A stretch of DNA of 64,000 bases from Bacteriovoracaceae bacterium. GTDB lineage: Bacteria; Bdellovibrionota; Bacteriovoracia; Bacteriovoracales; Bacteriovoracaceae. Positions 44,624 through 54,418 of the stretch are shown here, piece after piece. The notes beneath the pieces were generated by a model that made no database searches, had not been told where the DNA came from, and saw only the letters and a list, made by a program, of their open reading frames with translations. Numbering within the stretch: the stretch's first letter is position 1; every line of letters begins with the position of its first letter. The DNA lies in the NCBI GenBank assembly GCA_965243145.1, contig CBDEUB010000002.1, forward strand, positions 878,354 to 942,353, in the 5' to 3' direction. Position numbers and translations under genes: made by a program.

Positions 44624-44682
44624 CCCCAAAAAGTGACCCCCGCTGCACAACCTCGTTGGGGAGTGGGGGTCACTTTTTGGGG
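44624..44682. repeat. perfect 18-bp-arm hairpin CCCCAAAAAGTGACCCCC / GGGGGTCACTTTTTGGGG, 23-nt loop
   Basis: Exact complementarity. The arms resemble the MITE subterminal sequence GGGGTCACTTTTCAA. It lies 57 bp downstream of the 44739 stop. Confidence 0.8.
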
Positions 44683-44738
44683 TGGGCAACTAGCGGACAT
44701 CACTGGGGAATTTGACAGGGGCGCAGAGGCATTGTCGA

Positions 44739-45455
44739 TCAATATCGATCCTCTCCTTCTCGAAAAATGGAGAAAAAATCCGTTGTCTCTCCCTTGTAAA
44801 AACAGAGAGTCTTCTCAAAATCAAAACTTTCCATGGAAAATTTGGAGTCTAAAACAATGGCAATATTGTTCTGCACATCCTCACGCATATCCGTCAAATA
44901 ATTTCCATACCCCCGAAAAATATTCTTATGGCGGGTAATAAAAAGAACCCTATCATATTCCCAATTCCGCCTGTAAGCACCAAATTTTCTGATAATTCTC
45001 CCGTAGCTTTTGCGGGTCAGTTCAATTTCCAGGGCCACCTTGATTTTTTTCTCTCCCACCAAAACTGTCATTTCAGCATCGGGGCATAGGCCATAATTTT
45101 GCATTGAACTCAAAATTTTTCCATCCAGGCAAGATGGCCATTTCAACAATTCTCGCAAAACTTGGGCCGTCATCAGGTCGTGGGTAAGATTTTTTTCGTT
45201 GACTCTTTCAGCATAGCGAGAGGAGGAAAACTTGAGTCCCAGGGAAGTCAAAAACAGGTATTTACTATTTCCTTTCATTAAAACACTTTTGATAAATCCA
45301 TGTTTTTCCAACTTTCTTATCTTTTCTCTCAAAATGGAACAATTGATTTCTCTGTGATAGAGTTCTTGAAGTTCCTTGACATTGAGGATTTTCCATTCTC
45401 CAAGAATATTGATAATATCCAGGTAAGGGCCATAGGGAATAAAATCGTTTTTCAT
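44739..45455 (-). CDS. replication-relaxation family protein (plasmid-type)
   Basis: N-terminal winged-helix-like region (ILNVKELQELY...KLEKHGFIK). Also NLTHDLMTAQVL, PDAEM and VALEIELTRKS, which resemble the Replic_Relax family. Confidence 0.55.
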   Translation of the reverse strand: MKNDFIPYGPYLDIINILGEWKILNVKELQELYHREINCSILREKIRKLEKHGFIKSVLMKGNSKYLFLTSLGLKFSSSRYAERVNEKNLTHDLMTAQVLRELLKWPSCLDGKILSSMQNYGLCPDAEMTVLVGEKKIKVALEIELTRKSYGRIIRKFGAYRRNWEYDRVLFITRHKNIFRGYGNYLTDMREDVQNNIAIVLDSKFSMESFDFEKTLCFYKGETTDFFSIFREGEDRY

Positions 45456-45747
45456 AAAAAACTACCTCCTCTTTCAGCTATGAAATTTTTACAAAGCTGG
45501 GCCTTGATTTTTTGTTTTGGTTACCAGTTTAAGCTAGAATCCACTTCGTGGACGGTGAAATAAAGCAGCGGCCAGAGGGCCGCGAGAGATGACAAGCACC
45601 GGGGACAAACAAAAAAACGGCGACTCGGTTAAAACGAAGTCCAGAAGTACCGGATCGTGCGCCACAATCGGCGAGATGAGCACGCAACTATAGGAGAAAT
45701 ACCAAAGTCAAGGCCTCGTCAGCACAAATTGCAAGGGGAAAATAATG

Positions 45748-46050
45748 TTAAAAAAATACAAAGAATAAACCAAGCACTAAAAATAAATAACCAAGAATAT
45801 ACAAGTAAATCGTACTCTGGTTCATAAATTTTATTCCAAAAGAAAAAAAATGTCTCTTTTTAAAAACAGATATTTTTGAAATGAGCAACAATGAAAAACC
45901 CAGCGTAGAAATCCCTATTCCCAAAATATGAGATTTGTTATCTTCAAAAAATTCATACAAAATCGCTGCGACTAATATAATCCAAACAATACCAAATAGT
46001 ATTGTCCATATCTTTCCAATTACTGATTTGTGATAAAAGTCATAATCCAA
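45748..46050 (-). CDS. small 3-TM membrane protein, candidate immunity protein for the orphan Rhs-CT
   Basis: 100 aa and highly hydrophobic. It lies immediately downstream of the orphan toxin tip. Confidence 0.5.
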   Translation of the reverse strand: MDYDFYHKSVIGKIWTILFGIVWIILVAAILYEFFEDNKSHILGIGISTLGFSLLLISKISVFKKRHFFSFGIKFMNQSTIYLYILGYLFLVLGLFFVFF

Positions 46051-46065
46051 ATTACAAATCTCGAC

Positions 46066-47166
46066 TTAAAGAACACATTGTGGCCCTTCTTGTTCATTTC
46101 CAATTAGTTTATCAAACTCTTCATCAGTAAATGTGCCAAAAAGTATAAAAGGAGAATTGATTATTTCTAGAGTTAAAATCTCAAATTTTCCTGTTCTTCT
46201 ATTTCTTCTTGAACAAGTAAAAGTAGTAGGAAAAGCAGTTCTAGTGCAAAAAACGACTTCTCCTGTAGGATCTGTAAAGTTTAAAGGGTTATTCCTAACA
46301 TATCTATAGAGGTTAAAGTCCCCTCCATCAATTCCAATCGGATCTTCCGAAATAAACTTCCCCACATTGGGATCGTAGTACCGAGCACGGTAGAAATAGA
46401 GTCCCGTTTCAGGATCGAGTTCTCGTCCTGTAAAAGCGTAGGGGTTTTCCAGATAATTCGTACTTGAAGGCGTGATCTCGCTTCCATCTTTGTCGTAGAT
46501 AGTGGTATTACCAAAAGCATCGTAGACATAGCGCTGAACAACGACACCTTCAAAGTCTGTAATCTCGGTGATATTGCCGAGTCTGTCTCGGTGAAAATAA
46601 AACTCCTGCCTAGAATAGTTGGCGTTCGTGTAGGGACTTGTCGGACGCTCCATCCGCACGGGTTCGTCTACGCTATTGCTGTGGACAAATTTGGCGCGAA
46701 AGAAATTGTCTTCGTCGTATTCCAAATAAATATTGTCTCTGTCATAGACATAGCGGACAATATTTCCATCGACATTTTTTTCAATTCTTCGGTCGAGAGC
46801 ATCGTATTTATAAGTAATAGTGGAAGTGGGGTCGGTGTCTTCACTGGCGCGCTTTAAAACCTGAATCAGTCTATTTTTATAATCCCATTGGTATTCAGTG
46901 ATCTGGTTATTCGCTTGCGAGATTTTTTTGCTAAGGTTGCCATTTTTGTCGTAAGTGTAATTAAAATCCCCGTCCCACAAAATCCGGTTGTTGGCATCCG
47001 AATAGGAATATGCCGTTGAGAGAGTCCCGTTCCTGTCTTCGGTAATAGCGTTTCGGTTCCCAGTGGATTCGTAAGCTAATTGGTTAAGTTTATCTAAAAA
47101 TGCCCTGCTAGCAAAATTAGCAACAGTGGTTTTTAATTTATAAAAATCGTCGAGTCGAGTGATCAT
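46066..47166 (-). CDS. orphan Rhs/YD-repeat C-terminal cassette with alternative toxin tip
   Basis: Residues ~30-300 are nearly identical to the C-terminal core of the main Rhs gene. They end in YRYVRNNPLNFTDPTGE and are followed by a distinct 63-aa tail. The gene overlaps the upstream gene by ATGA. Confidence 0.8.
   Translation of the reverse strand: MITRLDDFYKLKTTVANFASRAFLDKLNQLAYESTGNRNAITEDRNGTLSTAYSYSDANNRILWDGDFNYTYDKNGNLSKKISQANNQITEYQWDYKNRLIQVLKRASEDTDPTSTITYKYDALDRRIEKNVDGNIVRYVYDRDNIYLEYDEDNFFRAKFVHSNSVDEPVRMERPTSPYTNANYSRQEFYFHRDRLGNITEITDFEGVVVQRYVYDAFGNTTIYDKDGSEITPSSTNYLENPYAFTGRELDPETGLYFYRARYYDPNVGKFISEDPIGIDGGDFNLYRYVRNNPLNFTDPTGEVVFCTRTAFPTTFTCSRRNRRTGKFEILTLEIINSPFILFGTFTDEEFDKLIGNEQEGPQCVL
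46291..47074. repeat. 784-bp repeat (copy in orphan cassette), ~95% identical by eye to 47949-48732
   Basis: Collinear match at a constant offset of 1658 bp. Confidence 0.85.
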
Positions 47167-47672
47167 GTTTCAAACCTTTTGCAATTTTTTCTAAATAGTA
47201 CCATAGCTTGACAAAAAATAAAGTACCCTAATTGTAGATATAAAAATATTGAAAATCCAATACCAATTTTTTTTTCGAAATCATCAAAATAGTAAAGATT
47301 TTCTTTGGTAGTAAATAAAAATATAAATTGAAAAATAAACATTAAAATATTATAAACAAGAAGAAGCAAAGTGGTTCTAAAGACTATTATCATTAAACCC
47401 AAAAGAAATCCTAAAAAAAAATAAGTATTTATTTTTTTCAAAAAAAGGAATGTAAAAGAAGCAAGAGAGTAAAGCCATATCATAACTGGATCAAAGTAGT
47501 TTATAGAGCTTTCTAAGGATTGTTCATTTCTGTCAAACGGATTAGTGATCCAAAGGAAACACAATAGCCCTAAAATACCTAAAATAATGTTTAATGTTAA
47601 TTTTTTTTTAAAAGCTCTATAGCTAAGAATGCCATAAAAATCTATAAATAGTTTATAAAAACATCTCTTCAT
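47163..47672 (-). CDS. polytopic membrane protein, candidate immunity protein for the main Rhs toxin
   Basis: 169 aa with ~5 TM segments. It lies 22 bp downstream of the Rhs stop. Confidence 0.5.
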   Translation of the reverse strand: MKRCFYKLFIDFYGILSYRAFKKKLTLNIILGILGLLCFLWITNPFDRNEQSLESSINYFDPVMIWLYSLASFTFLFLKKINTYFFLGFLLGLMIIVFRTTLLLLVYNILMFIFQFIFLFTTKENLYYFDDFEKKIGIGFSIFLYLQLGYFIFCQAMVLFRKNCKRFET

Positions 47673-47693
47673 TTTTATTGCAACCTCAAAAGA

Positions 47694-50600
47694 CTAACTA
47701 TTTTCTCTTAATTCACGTTTTAAATCCTCTACTTCATCATCAGGTATTGGGTCTACTCCTTCCTCATCATCTTCATTACACTTTGGGTTGATTTTACACA
47801 AAGCTCTCTTGCGAAAATTTCTAAGATTTTCTTCTGCCTCTTCTCTCTTTTTTTCAAAATCAATTATATTTCTGAAAAAATCCCCTATACCAACATCAAT
47901 CTTACAAAATCCTTGCAGCCCAAAAGGGTCTACGAAATTCAGAGAATTATTCCCCACATATCTATAGAGGTTAAAATCCCCTCCCTCAAACCCAATCGGG
48001 TCTTCCGAAATAAACTTCCCCGTATTGGGATCATAGTACCGAGCGCGATAAAAGTAGAGTCCCGTCTCGGGATCAAGTTCTCTGCCAGTAAAAGCGTAGG
48101 GGTTTTCCAGATAATTCGTACTTGAAGGCGTGATCTCGCTTCCATCTTTGTCGTAGATGGTGGTATTACCAAAAGCATCGTAGACATAGCGTTGAACAAT
48201 TGCACCTTCAAAGTCTGTAATCTCGGTGATATTGCCGAGTCTGTCTCGGTGAAAATAAAACTCTTGCCTAGAATAATTGGCGTTAGTGTGGGGACTCTCG
48301 GGGCGTTCCATCCTCACGGGTTCGTCGATGTTATTGCTATGAACAAACTTAGCGCGAAAAAAGTTGTCTTCGTCGTATTCCAAATAAATATTGTCTCGGT
48401 CATAGACATAGCGGACAATATTGCCATCGACATTTTTTTCAATTCTTCGGTCGAGAGCATCGTATTTATAAGTAATAGTGGAAGTGGGGTCGGTGTCTTC
48501 ACTGGCGCGCTTTAAAACCTGAATCAGTCTATTTTTATAATCCCATTGGTATTCAGTGATCTGGTTATTCGCTTGCGAGATTTTTTTGCTAAGGTTGCCG
48601 TTTTTGTCATAAGTGTAATTAAAATCCCCGTCCCACAAAATCCGGTTGTTGGCATCCGAATAGGAATATGCCGTTGAGAGAGTCCCGTTCCTGTCTTTGG
48701 TAATAGCGTTTCGGTTCCCAGTGGATTCGTAAATGTATGTATCGCTACCTATACCAACGGGAAGAGTGGCGGAAGTCAGTTGGTTGAGTTTATCGTAGAT
48801 AAATCTTTGAGTTTGGTTGACGGTAATGCCACTTCTCTGATTAGAAACACTGGTGACAAAATCGTTCAAGTTGTATTGATAGTTAAAGGCAGAGAGAGTT
48901 TGAGAGCCTTTGCTATAGCTTAAACTTTTTAGCTGTCCTTCCTTTCCTGGAATATAGGTATAGCTTCCCGTGATGCCGTTGGGGTAGCTTATCCTGATTC
49001 TTCTCTGTCCCCTATCGTAGCGAAAACTCAAATAGCTGGGGTCGTTGTTGGAAGAGTGCCCCATCTTAACCAGGTTGTCGTTTTCATCGTATTCGTAACG
49101 AACTAGCGAAGAGTTAATTTCAGTATCCCCTATTTGAGAGATATTGCCGTTTTGATCGTAGTTGTAAAAAACAGAGATGCTGGGAAGGGAGGTGCTTCCC
49201 TTGGTGGATGTCACGGACAAACGGCCCTGGATGTCGTAGTTAAAAGCATTTTTGGAGTGAGCGTTTTCCGCCAACATGAGATTTCCGGCAGCGTCGTATT
49301 CAAAACTCGCCAGCACATTACCATCCCCATCCATTTCCCTGGTAAGGCGATTGAGGGCATCGTACTGGTAACGGAGCGTCTGCCCGTTCCTGTCCGTCCT
49401 TTCAATGACATTGCCGCCCTCGTCATAGACAAAGGACTCCGAGTTTCCGAGGGAGTCGGTTCTTTGAATAAGTCTGTCCATGGAGTCGTAAGCGAAACTG
49501 GTGTCGTAACTCCTTTGGTTGCGGATAGAGGTTATATCCCCCTTGGAATTGTAGCTAAACGCCACTCTGTAGTTCTTGGCATTATCAAGGTAGATTAGGC
49601 GGTTGTTAAAATAATTGCGAGTGTACGATGTGGTATTCCCCTCGGCATCCGTTTCGCTGATAAGTTGTCCAGCACTGCTATATGTCCTGGTGAGCAATGT
49701 TTGATGGAACCTATCCTTTATGACCGTTTGGTTGCCATTGCTATCGTATTCAAAAAACTGCCCAGTTTGAGAGGCCTCATCCCACACAGATTCCAGCAAG
49801 TACCCTCGGTCGTAAGTCATTTTTATGGCCTGCCCGTTGGGATAAATAACCTTGGAAACATTGCCAAAACGGCCATATTCAAATTGAGTTACTTCACCCT
49901 TGGCATCGGTAATTTTTATGGGTTGATGAAAGTTATCCGTCGGATTGGCCAAGTATTCAAATTTGATCGTCCCAATGCCACTTCTAAAAGAAGTCAGAAT
50001 GTCTCCAAAAAGATTATAAGTATTTTCCAATTCCACATCGCCATTTTCGTTGGTGACTTTGGTTAAATTGTTGTCAGCATCGTATTCAAATTCCCGCATA
50101 CCACCCATGGCGTTGACTTCGCGGGTAAATGCGCCAAATTCGTTGGTTTGGTACTTGGAGGTATTCCCCCTAGCATCGGTTATGGCGTGCATGGAGTCCT
50201 CTTCCACCAAGGCCATAATGGGGTCGCTCAAAGGGCCTTTATCCAAATCCCCTAGTTGATTGGCCTTAGAATTGACTTTGGTTTGAGTGCCATCCTGTCT
50301 GATGGTGCGGATGACGCTACCACGCTTGTCGTAAGCATAAGATTTCGCTCTGCCCAATCGATCCGACTGCGAACTCATAGTCTCATTAGAAGCATAAGTA
50401 AAACTTCTTTCCGTGGCATCAGGGCCTATGATTTTGATTAAATATCCTTCATCGTCGTGCTCCAGGCGGGTGATTCGGCCAAGAGGGTCTCTAATGGTAT
50501 CCACATACCCATCCGCTCCGTGTTCAAAAAAAGTCGATCTTTCGTTAGGGTGGTAAATATACCAAATTTGCCCATTATCTCGATAAATATAGAATGTTTC

Positions 50601-53600
50601 CCTCCCGTAGCGATCCACCTTGGTTTGTAGTACTCCCTGGGCATTAAACCCGTAGCGAACTCCCTCTTTGGTGATTCTCTCAAACCCACCTTGGGGAAAG
50701 TTAAAAGCGCGCAGGGTGGAATAGTCTCCGTCAGGAGAGATATAAGTACCATCAAAGTTGCGGGTAAAAACTTTATAGTTGAAATTGCCAAAAACTAGCA
50801 TGATCTGAGACGAGGTTGCTGAAAGTCTCCCATTTGCCCCATGAAGCCGGTGGAAATCCTGAAACATCCAACCCCGCCCAAATTCCGATTCTGGGGAAAT
50901 ATAGGGAACACTAAAGGGGGTGCGACTGCGGGTAATTGAAGGCGTGGGGTTTTCCGTGGTTGCCACCGCTCCCGCTGCGGTTTGAACCGATATGGCCCGA
51001 TAAACCCCCGTATCAAGCCCCTCTAAATTAAGCGATGTGGCCAAAGTAAAATCTTTAAAATCCCCGCCTTCTACAGCGTCCGCCGTCGAAAAATACACGG
51101 GTTCGGATTCTGTACCCCTAAAGATGATACTCATGCCCAGAACTGGAGGGGGTGGAATAACCATAGTTCCGTCTGGAATCGGAAAGTTTGGCCGTGCCCT
51201 GGTAAAGGAGCGGAACATGAGCGGGTTTTCCAGAGAAAAAATATTTTTGTACCCCATCTTGAAAGCAACACTTTCTCCCAAACTGCGGAACTCCACCAAG
51301 GTGTGTTCTTCCTTGAGTATTCCCGTCGATGGACAAATAATGCTACCAGAACACGAGTTGGCATCCTCAGAGCCGTTGTCTCCCATCATGGTCTCACGGC
51401 CTTCAGGAGTAATCATGGTGGGTGCGTGCCAAGTAGTGGCACGGATGCCCCCGCTAATAGTTTGGATACTGCTTCCGTCTTCAGTCACCTGCCCCAGCCC
51501 CACCTGCTCAAAACCGCCTCGCTCAGAAAGCGAGGTCAGCGCCACAATGGCACCAGGGGGCAGGCCATCCAGGTTGGGGAAGGTAATGGGCACAGGATTG
51601 GCAAAGCGGATATTGACTGGCTGGAGGGTAATCAAAAAATTGGGGCGCAAATCTTCGGGAAGTTCCCTAGGGGCCGATTCCACTGGAACCATGGAAACCG
51701 AAAGAGGGCCAGAGTACATGGTGCCGTCCTGATTCATTGCCGTGTTGGGAGGAATCATCATGCTGGTGCCAATATCAGCATTTTGCACCATGGCCATCTT
51801 GTCGGGTTCAATCATCACCATGCTTTTCGCCTCAACCCTGGGCAACATGTAATCGCGGAAGGGGCGGTTGTGGACATTGGCCACAATTTTAAGACGGCCC
51901 TTAAAATCCCCGTAGGTGCTTCCGTCCTGGGCAGTTACCCCCGAAGCGTCGAGACTGACAATCCTTGCCCCTGCAGGAATATTGGAAAGGGTAAACCTCC
52001 CCTGAGCATCACTGACGGCCACCTGAGAAGACCCCTCCACGCTAACCTTTACTCCTGCCAAGGGAATGGTAAGGCCCTTATCCATGGCCGTGCCGTCGAG
52101 AACCCTGGAAGAAAGGGTGGTGGGTTGGTTGGGTGCTGGTGCTTGAACGGTGATGGTGACTTCTTGAGAAGCAGATTCCTTGCCATCAGTGACAATAAAG
52201 GCCACCTTGTGACTCCCCACTTGAGAGGGCGAAGGTTCAAAGCGAAACTCGCGGGTGGTATCGCTAAATTTGGCGTTTAAAGGAAGGTTTCTAGCAAAGT
52301 AAGAGAGCTTGTCGCTTGCATCTTTATCACTGCCAGAAATCTTGAAACGCAATTCCGTTCCCACTTGCAAGACCTGGGGAGAGGTAATCGCTACAAGTGT
52401 GGGGGCCTGGTTTATCTCGCCAGTGACAGTAATGCTAACTTCATCGGCCGTGCTAGTAAGTTTTCCATCACTTACAGTCAAACTCACCTTGTAAGTTCCG
52501 TCCCGATCGACGATCAAACTGGGAGTCGCCAAATCAGCATCGGCCAAGCGGACATTGCTCAACATCGGCCGAGCAACAATCTGCCAGGCATAACTGAGTT
52601 TATCACCCTCTGGGTCACTGGAATTTTCCCCATTCAAGGTCACCAAATCCCCGGAAATAGCACTGAGGTCGTCCCCTGCGTTGGCAACGGGGGCCGTATT
52701 ACGGCGCATAATATCAATGGTCACCATAGAAACGGTATCGGAATCCCTATGGCCATCGTTTGCCTTATAGGAAAAGAGCACTTGTCCTATAAAATCCATA
52801 GCGGGGGTAAAAGTACAGGTAAGACCTGCCGTTCCCTGAAGGCAGTCTGATAGCGTTCCCGAAGTAGGTGCGTTCATCAAAGTATAAGTCAACGGGTCGT
52901 TTTCCTCATCGGTGGCACCATTCAAAGTAAAGTGCAAGGGAGTGTTTTGCGTTCCCTGAAAGGCCTGATCTCCCACCATGACTGGAGGGGTGTTGGTTTC
53001 CATGACAGTTATACTCTGTGCCTCGGTCTGGTGAGACAGTCCCGCATTGTCGGTGACTTTGAGAATAACTGTGTAGCTTCCAGCAGTGTCAAAAGTGCGC
53101 TGTTGGGTTTCACCTATAAGAGTGGTGCCATCGTCAAAAATCCACTCGTAAGAAACAATTGTGCCATCTGAGTCACTAGAACCCGAACCATCAAAATTCA
53201 CCGTCAAAGGTGCCTCTCCCTGGGTAGGCGAATAAACAAAACTGGCCATGGGAGTTCCCGCACCCCTTTCCACTGTGAGAAAAATCTGTTTGCGAGAAAT
53301 GGCATCATCGTCGTCGGTGACGGCGAGAAGCACTCTTTGCGTTCCAGCGGTTTGAAACACTTTATTCAGCGAACTTTGAGTGGAAGTTGTGCCGTCAGGG
53401 AATGTCCACAAATAAGAGGCAATACTTCCGTCGGGGTCGTTGGATGCTGAGGCATCCAGATTGACTGTCAAAGGTGCTTCTCCCGAAAGAGCGGAGGCAT
53501 CAATTTTAGCGCGAGGTGGGCGGTTAAACTCGCTGGGAGTTAAACAGCGTCCCGATTTGAATGCGCCTTGAAATCGGGTGTATTTGGCCAACTGGCAGCC

Positions 53601-54401
53601 CTTGGCATCAATAAAGAGCTTAGATTCGGCCAAGGCCATAGCAAGGTTTTGGGCCGAAAAGAGATTGCCGGCATCAATGTGGATATTTTCTGCCTTAAAG
53701 CGGACTTTCGAGGAAAGGACAATCCTGGCGGGAAACCCCGTTGCCGATGAGACAAGCCTGACTTCCTTGGCATCAACCAGGGTTTTATGGCCAAAATGAA
53801 TAATGCCGGAACTTGTTATTTCTAAATTGGGAGCATAAAAGCTCGCACCTCGGCCTATTTCAACGGAAGAAAGTGCGTCGTCTCTGAGGGAGGAAGTTAT
53901 TTTAAATGTCTCTTTGGCCTCACCTCTTACCCCTTTGCTTAAAACGATGTTTCGGCCAGAGAGTTCTGCGTTTTGCACCTTGAAAAAGGTTTGCCCCCCG
54001 ATGAAGACTTCTCCACGGGATGAGACAATATCCACGCGGCCTTTGGATTTAAAAATGTTATTGGCCCTGATAGTGCTTCCAGCATGGCCATCGAGGCAAA
54101 TATTGTCGGCGGTGTGGGTGTAACCCCATCTTAGAGAGAGTTCACAAGGGGAGTGCACAACGACATTGGCCCCAGAGAGGGCAAAGCGGATACTCAAATT
54201 TTTATACTGTCCATTTTCCAGTCCGTAATTTTGGGCGTAGGTGGCGAGGTCTTGAGCGTTGCGGGCAATAAAGGGTTCATCCGCACAGGTGATGGCCGCA
54301 TCGTAGTCGGTTTTGGGGACGCAAAAGGGTGCTTGGGCGCGAGATGGCCATACCCAGACAAAAACGACAAAAAGGAACAGGGTTTTGATTTTTGTTTGCA
54401 T
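47694..54401 (-). CDS. giant Rhs/YD-repeat polymorphic toxin with signal peptide, PKD and Ig/cadherin-like domains
   Basis: 2235 aa with signal peptide MQTKIKTLFLFVVFVWVWPSRAQA. The PKD units are GEAPLTVNLDASASNDPDGSIASYLWTFPDGT and GEAPLTVNFDGSGSSDSDGTIVSYEWIFDDGT. There is a carboxypeptidase-regulatory-like GVKVSVEG...DAQGRFTLSNIPAG. Dozens of YD repeats are present. The core ends PYAFTGRELDPETGLYFYRARYYDP...DPFGL and is followed by a 73-aa tail. Confidence 0.9.
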   Translation of the reverse strand: MQTKIKTLFLFVVFVWVWPSRAQAPFCVPKTDYDAAITCADEPFIARNAQDLATYAQNYGLENGQYKNLSIRFALSGANVVVHSPCELSLRWGYTHTADNICLDGHAGSTIRANNIFKSKGRVDIVSSRGEVFIGGQTFFKVQNAELSGRNIVLSKGVRGEAKETFKITSSLRDDALSSVEIGRGASFYAPNLEITSSGIIHFGHKTLVDAKEVRLVSSATGFPARIVLSSKVRFKAENIHIDAGNLFSAQNLAMALAESKLFIDAKGCQLAKYTRFQGAFKSGRCLTPSEFNRPPRAKIDASALSGEAPLTVNLDASASNDPDGSIASYLWTFPDGTTSTQSSLNKVFQTAGTQRVLLAVTDDDDAISRKQIFLTVERGAGTPMASFVYSPTQGEAPLTVNFDGSGSSDSDGTIVSYEWIFDDGTTLIGETQQRTFDTAGSYTVILKVTDNAGLSHQTEAQSITVMETNTPPVMVGDQAFQGTQNTPLHFTLNGATDEENDPLTYTLMNAPTSGTLSDCLQGTAGLTCTFTPAMDFIGQVLFSYKANDGHRDSDTVSMVTIDIMRRNTAPVANAGDDLSAISGDLVTLNGENSSDPEGDKLSYAWQIVARPMLSNVRLADADLATPSLIVDRDGTYKVSLTVSDGKLTSTADEVSITVTGEINQAPTLVAITSPQVLQVGTELRFKISGSDKDASDKLSYFARNLPLNAKFSDTTREFRFEPSPSQVGSHKVAFIVTDGKESASQEVTITVQAPAPNQPTTLSSRVLDGTAMDKGLTIPLAGVKVSVEGSSQVAVSDAQGRFTLSNIPAGARIVSLDASGVTAQDGSTYGDFKGRLKIVANVHNRPFRDYMLPRVEAKSMVMIEPDKMAMVQNADIGTSMMIPPNTAMNQDGTMYSGPLSVSMVPVESAPRELPEDLRPNFLITLQPVNIRFANPVPITFPNLDGLPPGAIVALTSLSERGGFEQVGLGQVTEDGSSIQTISGGIRATTWHAPTMITPEGRETMMGDNGSEDANSCSGSIICPSTGILKEEHTLVEFRSLGESVAFKMGYKNIFSLENPLMFRSFTRARPNFPIPDGTMVIPPPPVLGMSIIFRGTESEPVYFSTADAVEGGDFKDFTLATSLNLEGLDTGVYRAISVQTAAGAVATTENPTPSITRSRTPFSVPYISPESEFGRGWMFQDFHRLHGANGRLSATSSQIMLVFGNFNYKVFTRNFDGTYISPDGDYSTLRAFNFPQGGFERITKEGVRYGFNAQGVLQTKVDRYGRETFYIYRDNGQIWYIYHPNERSTFFEHGADGYVDTIRDPLGRITRLEHDDEGYLIKIIGPDATERSFTYASNETMSSQSDRLGRAKSYAYDKRGSVIRTIRQDGTQTKVNSKANQLGDLDKGPLSDPIMALVEEDSMHAITDARGNTSKYQTNEFGAFTREVNAMGGMREFEYDADNNLTKVTNENGDVELENTYNLFGDILTSFRSGIGTIKFEYLANPTDNFHQPIKITDAKGEVTQFEYGRFGNVSKVIYPNGQAIKMTYDRGYLLESVWDEASQTGQFFEYDSNGNQTVIKDRFHQTLLTRTYSSAGQLISETDAEGNTTSYTRNYFNNRLIYLDNAKNYRVAFSYNSKGDITSIRNQRSYDTSFAYDSMDRLIQRTDSLGNSESFVYDEGGNVIERTDRNGQTLRYQYDALNRLTREMDGDGNVLASFEYDAAGNLMLAENAHSKNAFNYDIQGRLSVTSTKGSTSLPSISVFYNYDQNGNISQIGDTEINSSLVRYEYDENDNLVKMGHSSNNDPSYLSFRYDRGQRRIRISYPNGITGSYTYIPGKEGQLKSLSYSKGSQTLSAFNYQYNLNDFVTSVSNQRSGITVNQTQRFIYDKLNQLTSATLPVGIGSDTYIYESTGNRNAITKDRNGTLSTAYSYSDANNRILWDGDFNYTYDKNGNLSKKISQANNQITEYQWDYKNRLIQVLKRASEDTDPTSTITYKYDALDRRIEKNVDGNIVRYVYDRDNIYLEYDEDNFFRAKFVHSNNIDEPVRMERPESPHTNANYSRQEFYFHRDRLGNITEITDFEGAIVQRYVYDAFGNTTIYDKDGSEITPSSTNYLENPYAFTGRELDPETGLYFYRARYYDPNTGKFISEDPIGFEGGDFNLYRYVGNNSLNFVDPFGLQGFCKIDVGIGDFFRNIIDFEKKREEAEENLRNFRKRALCKINPKCNEDDEEGVDPIPDDEVEDLKRELRENS
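47949..48732. repeat. 784-bp repeat (copy in the main Rhs gene)
   Basis: See 46291-47074. Confidence 0.85.
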
Positions 54402-54418
54402 AATTTGCGCCCTCGCTC

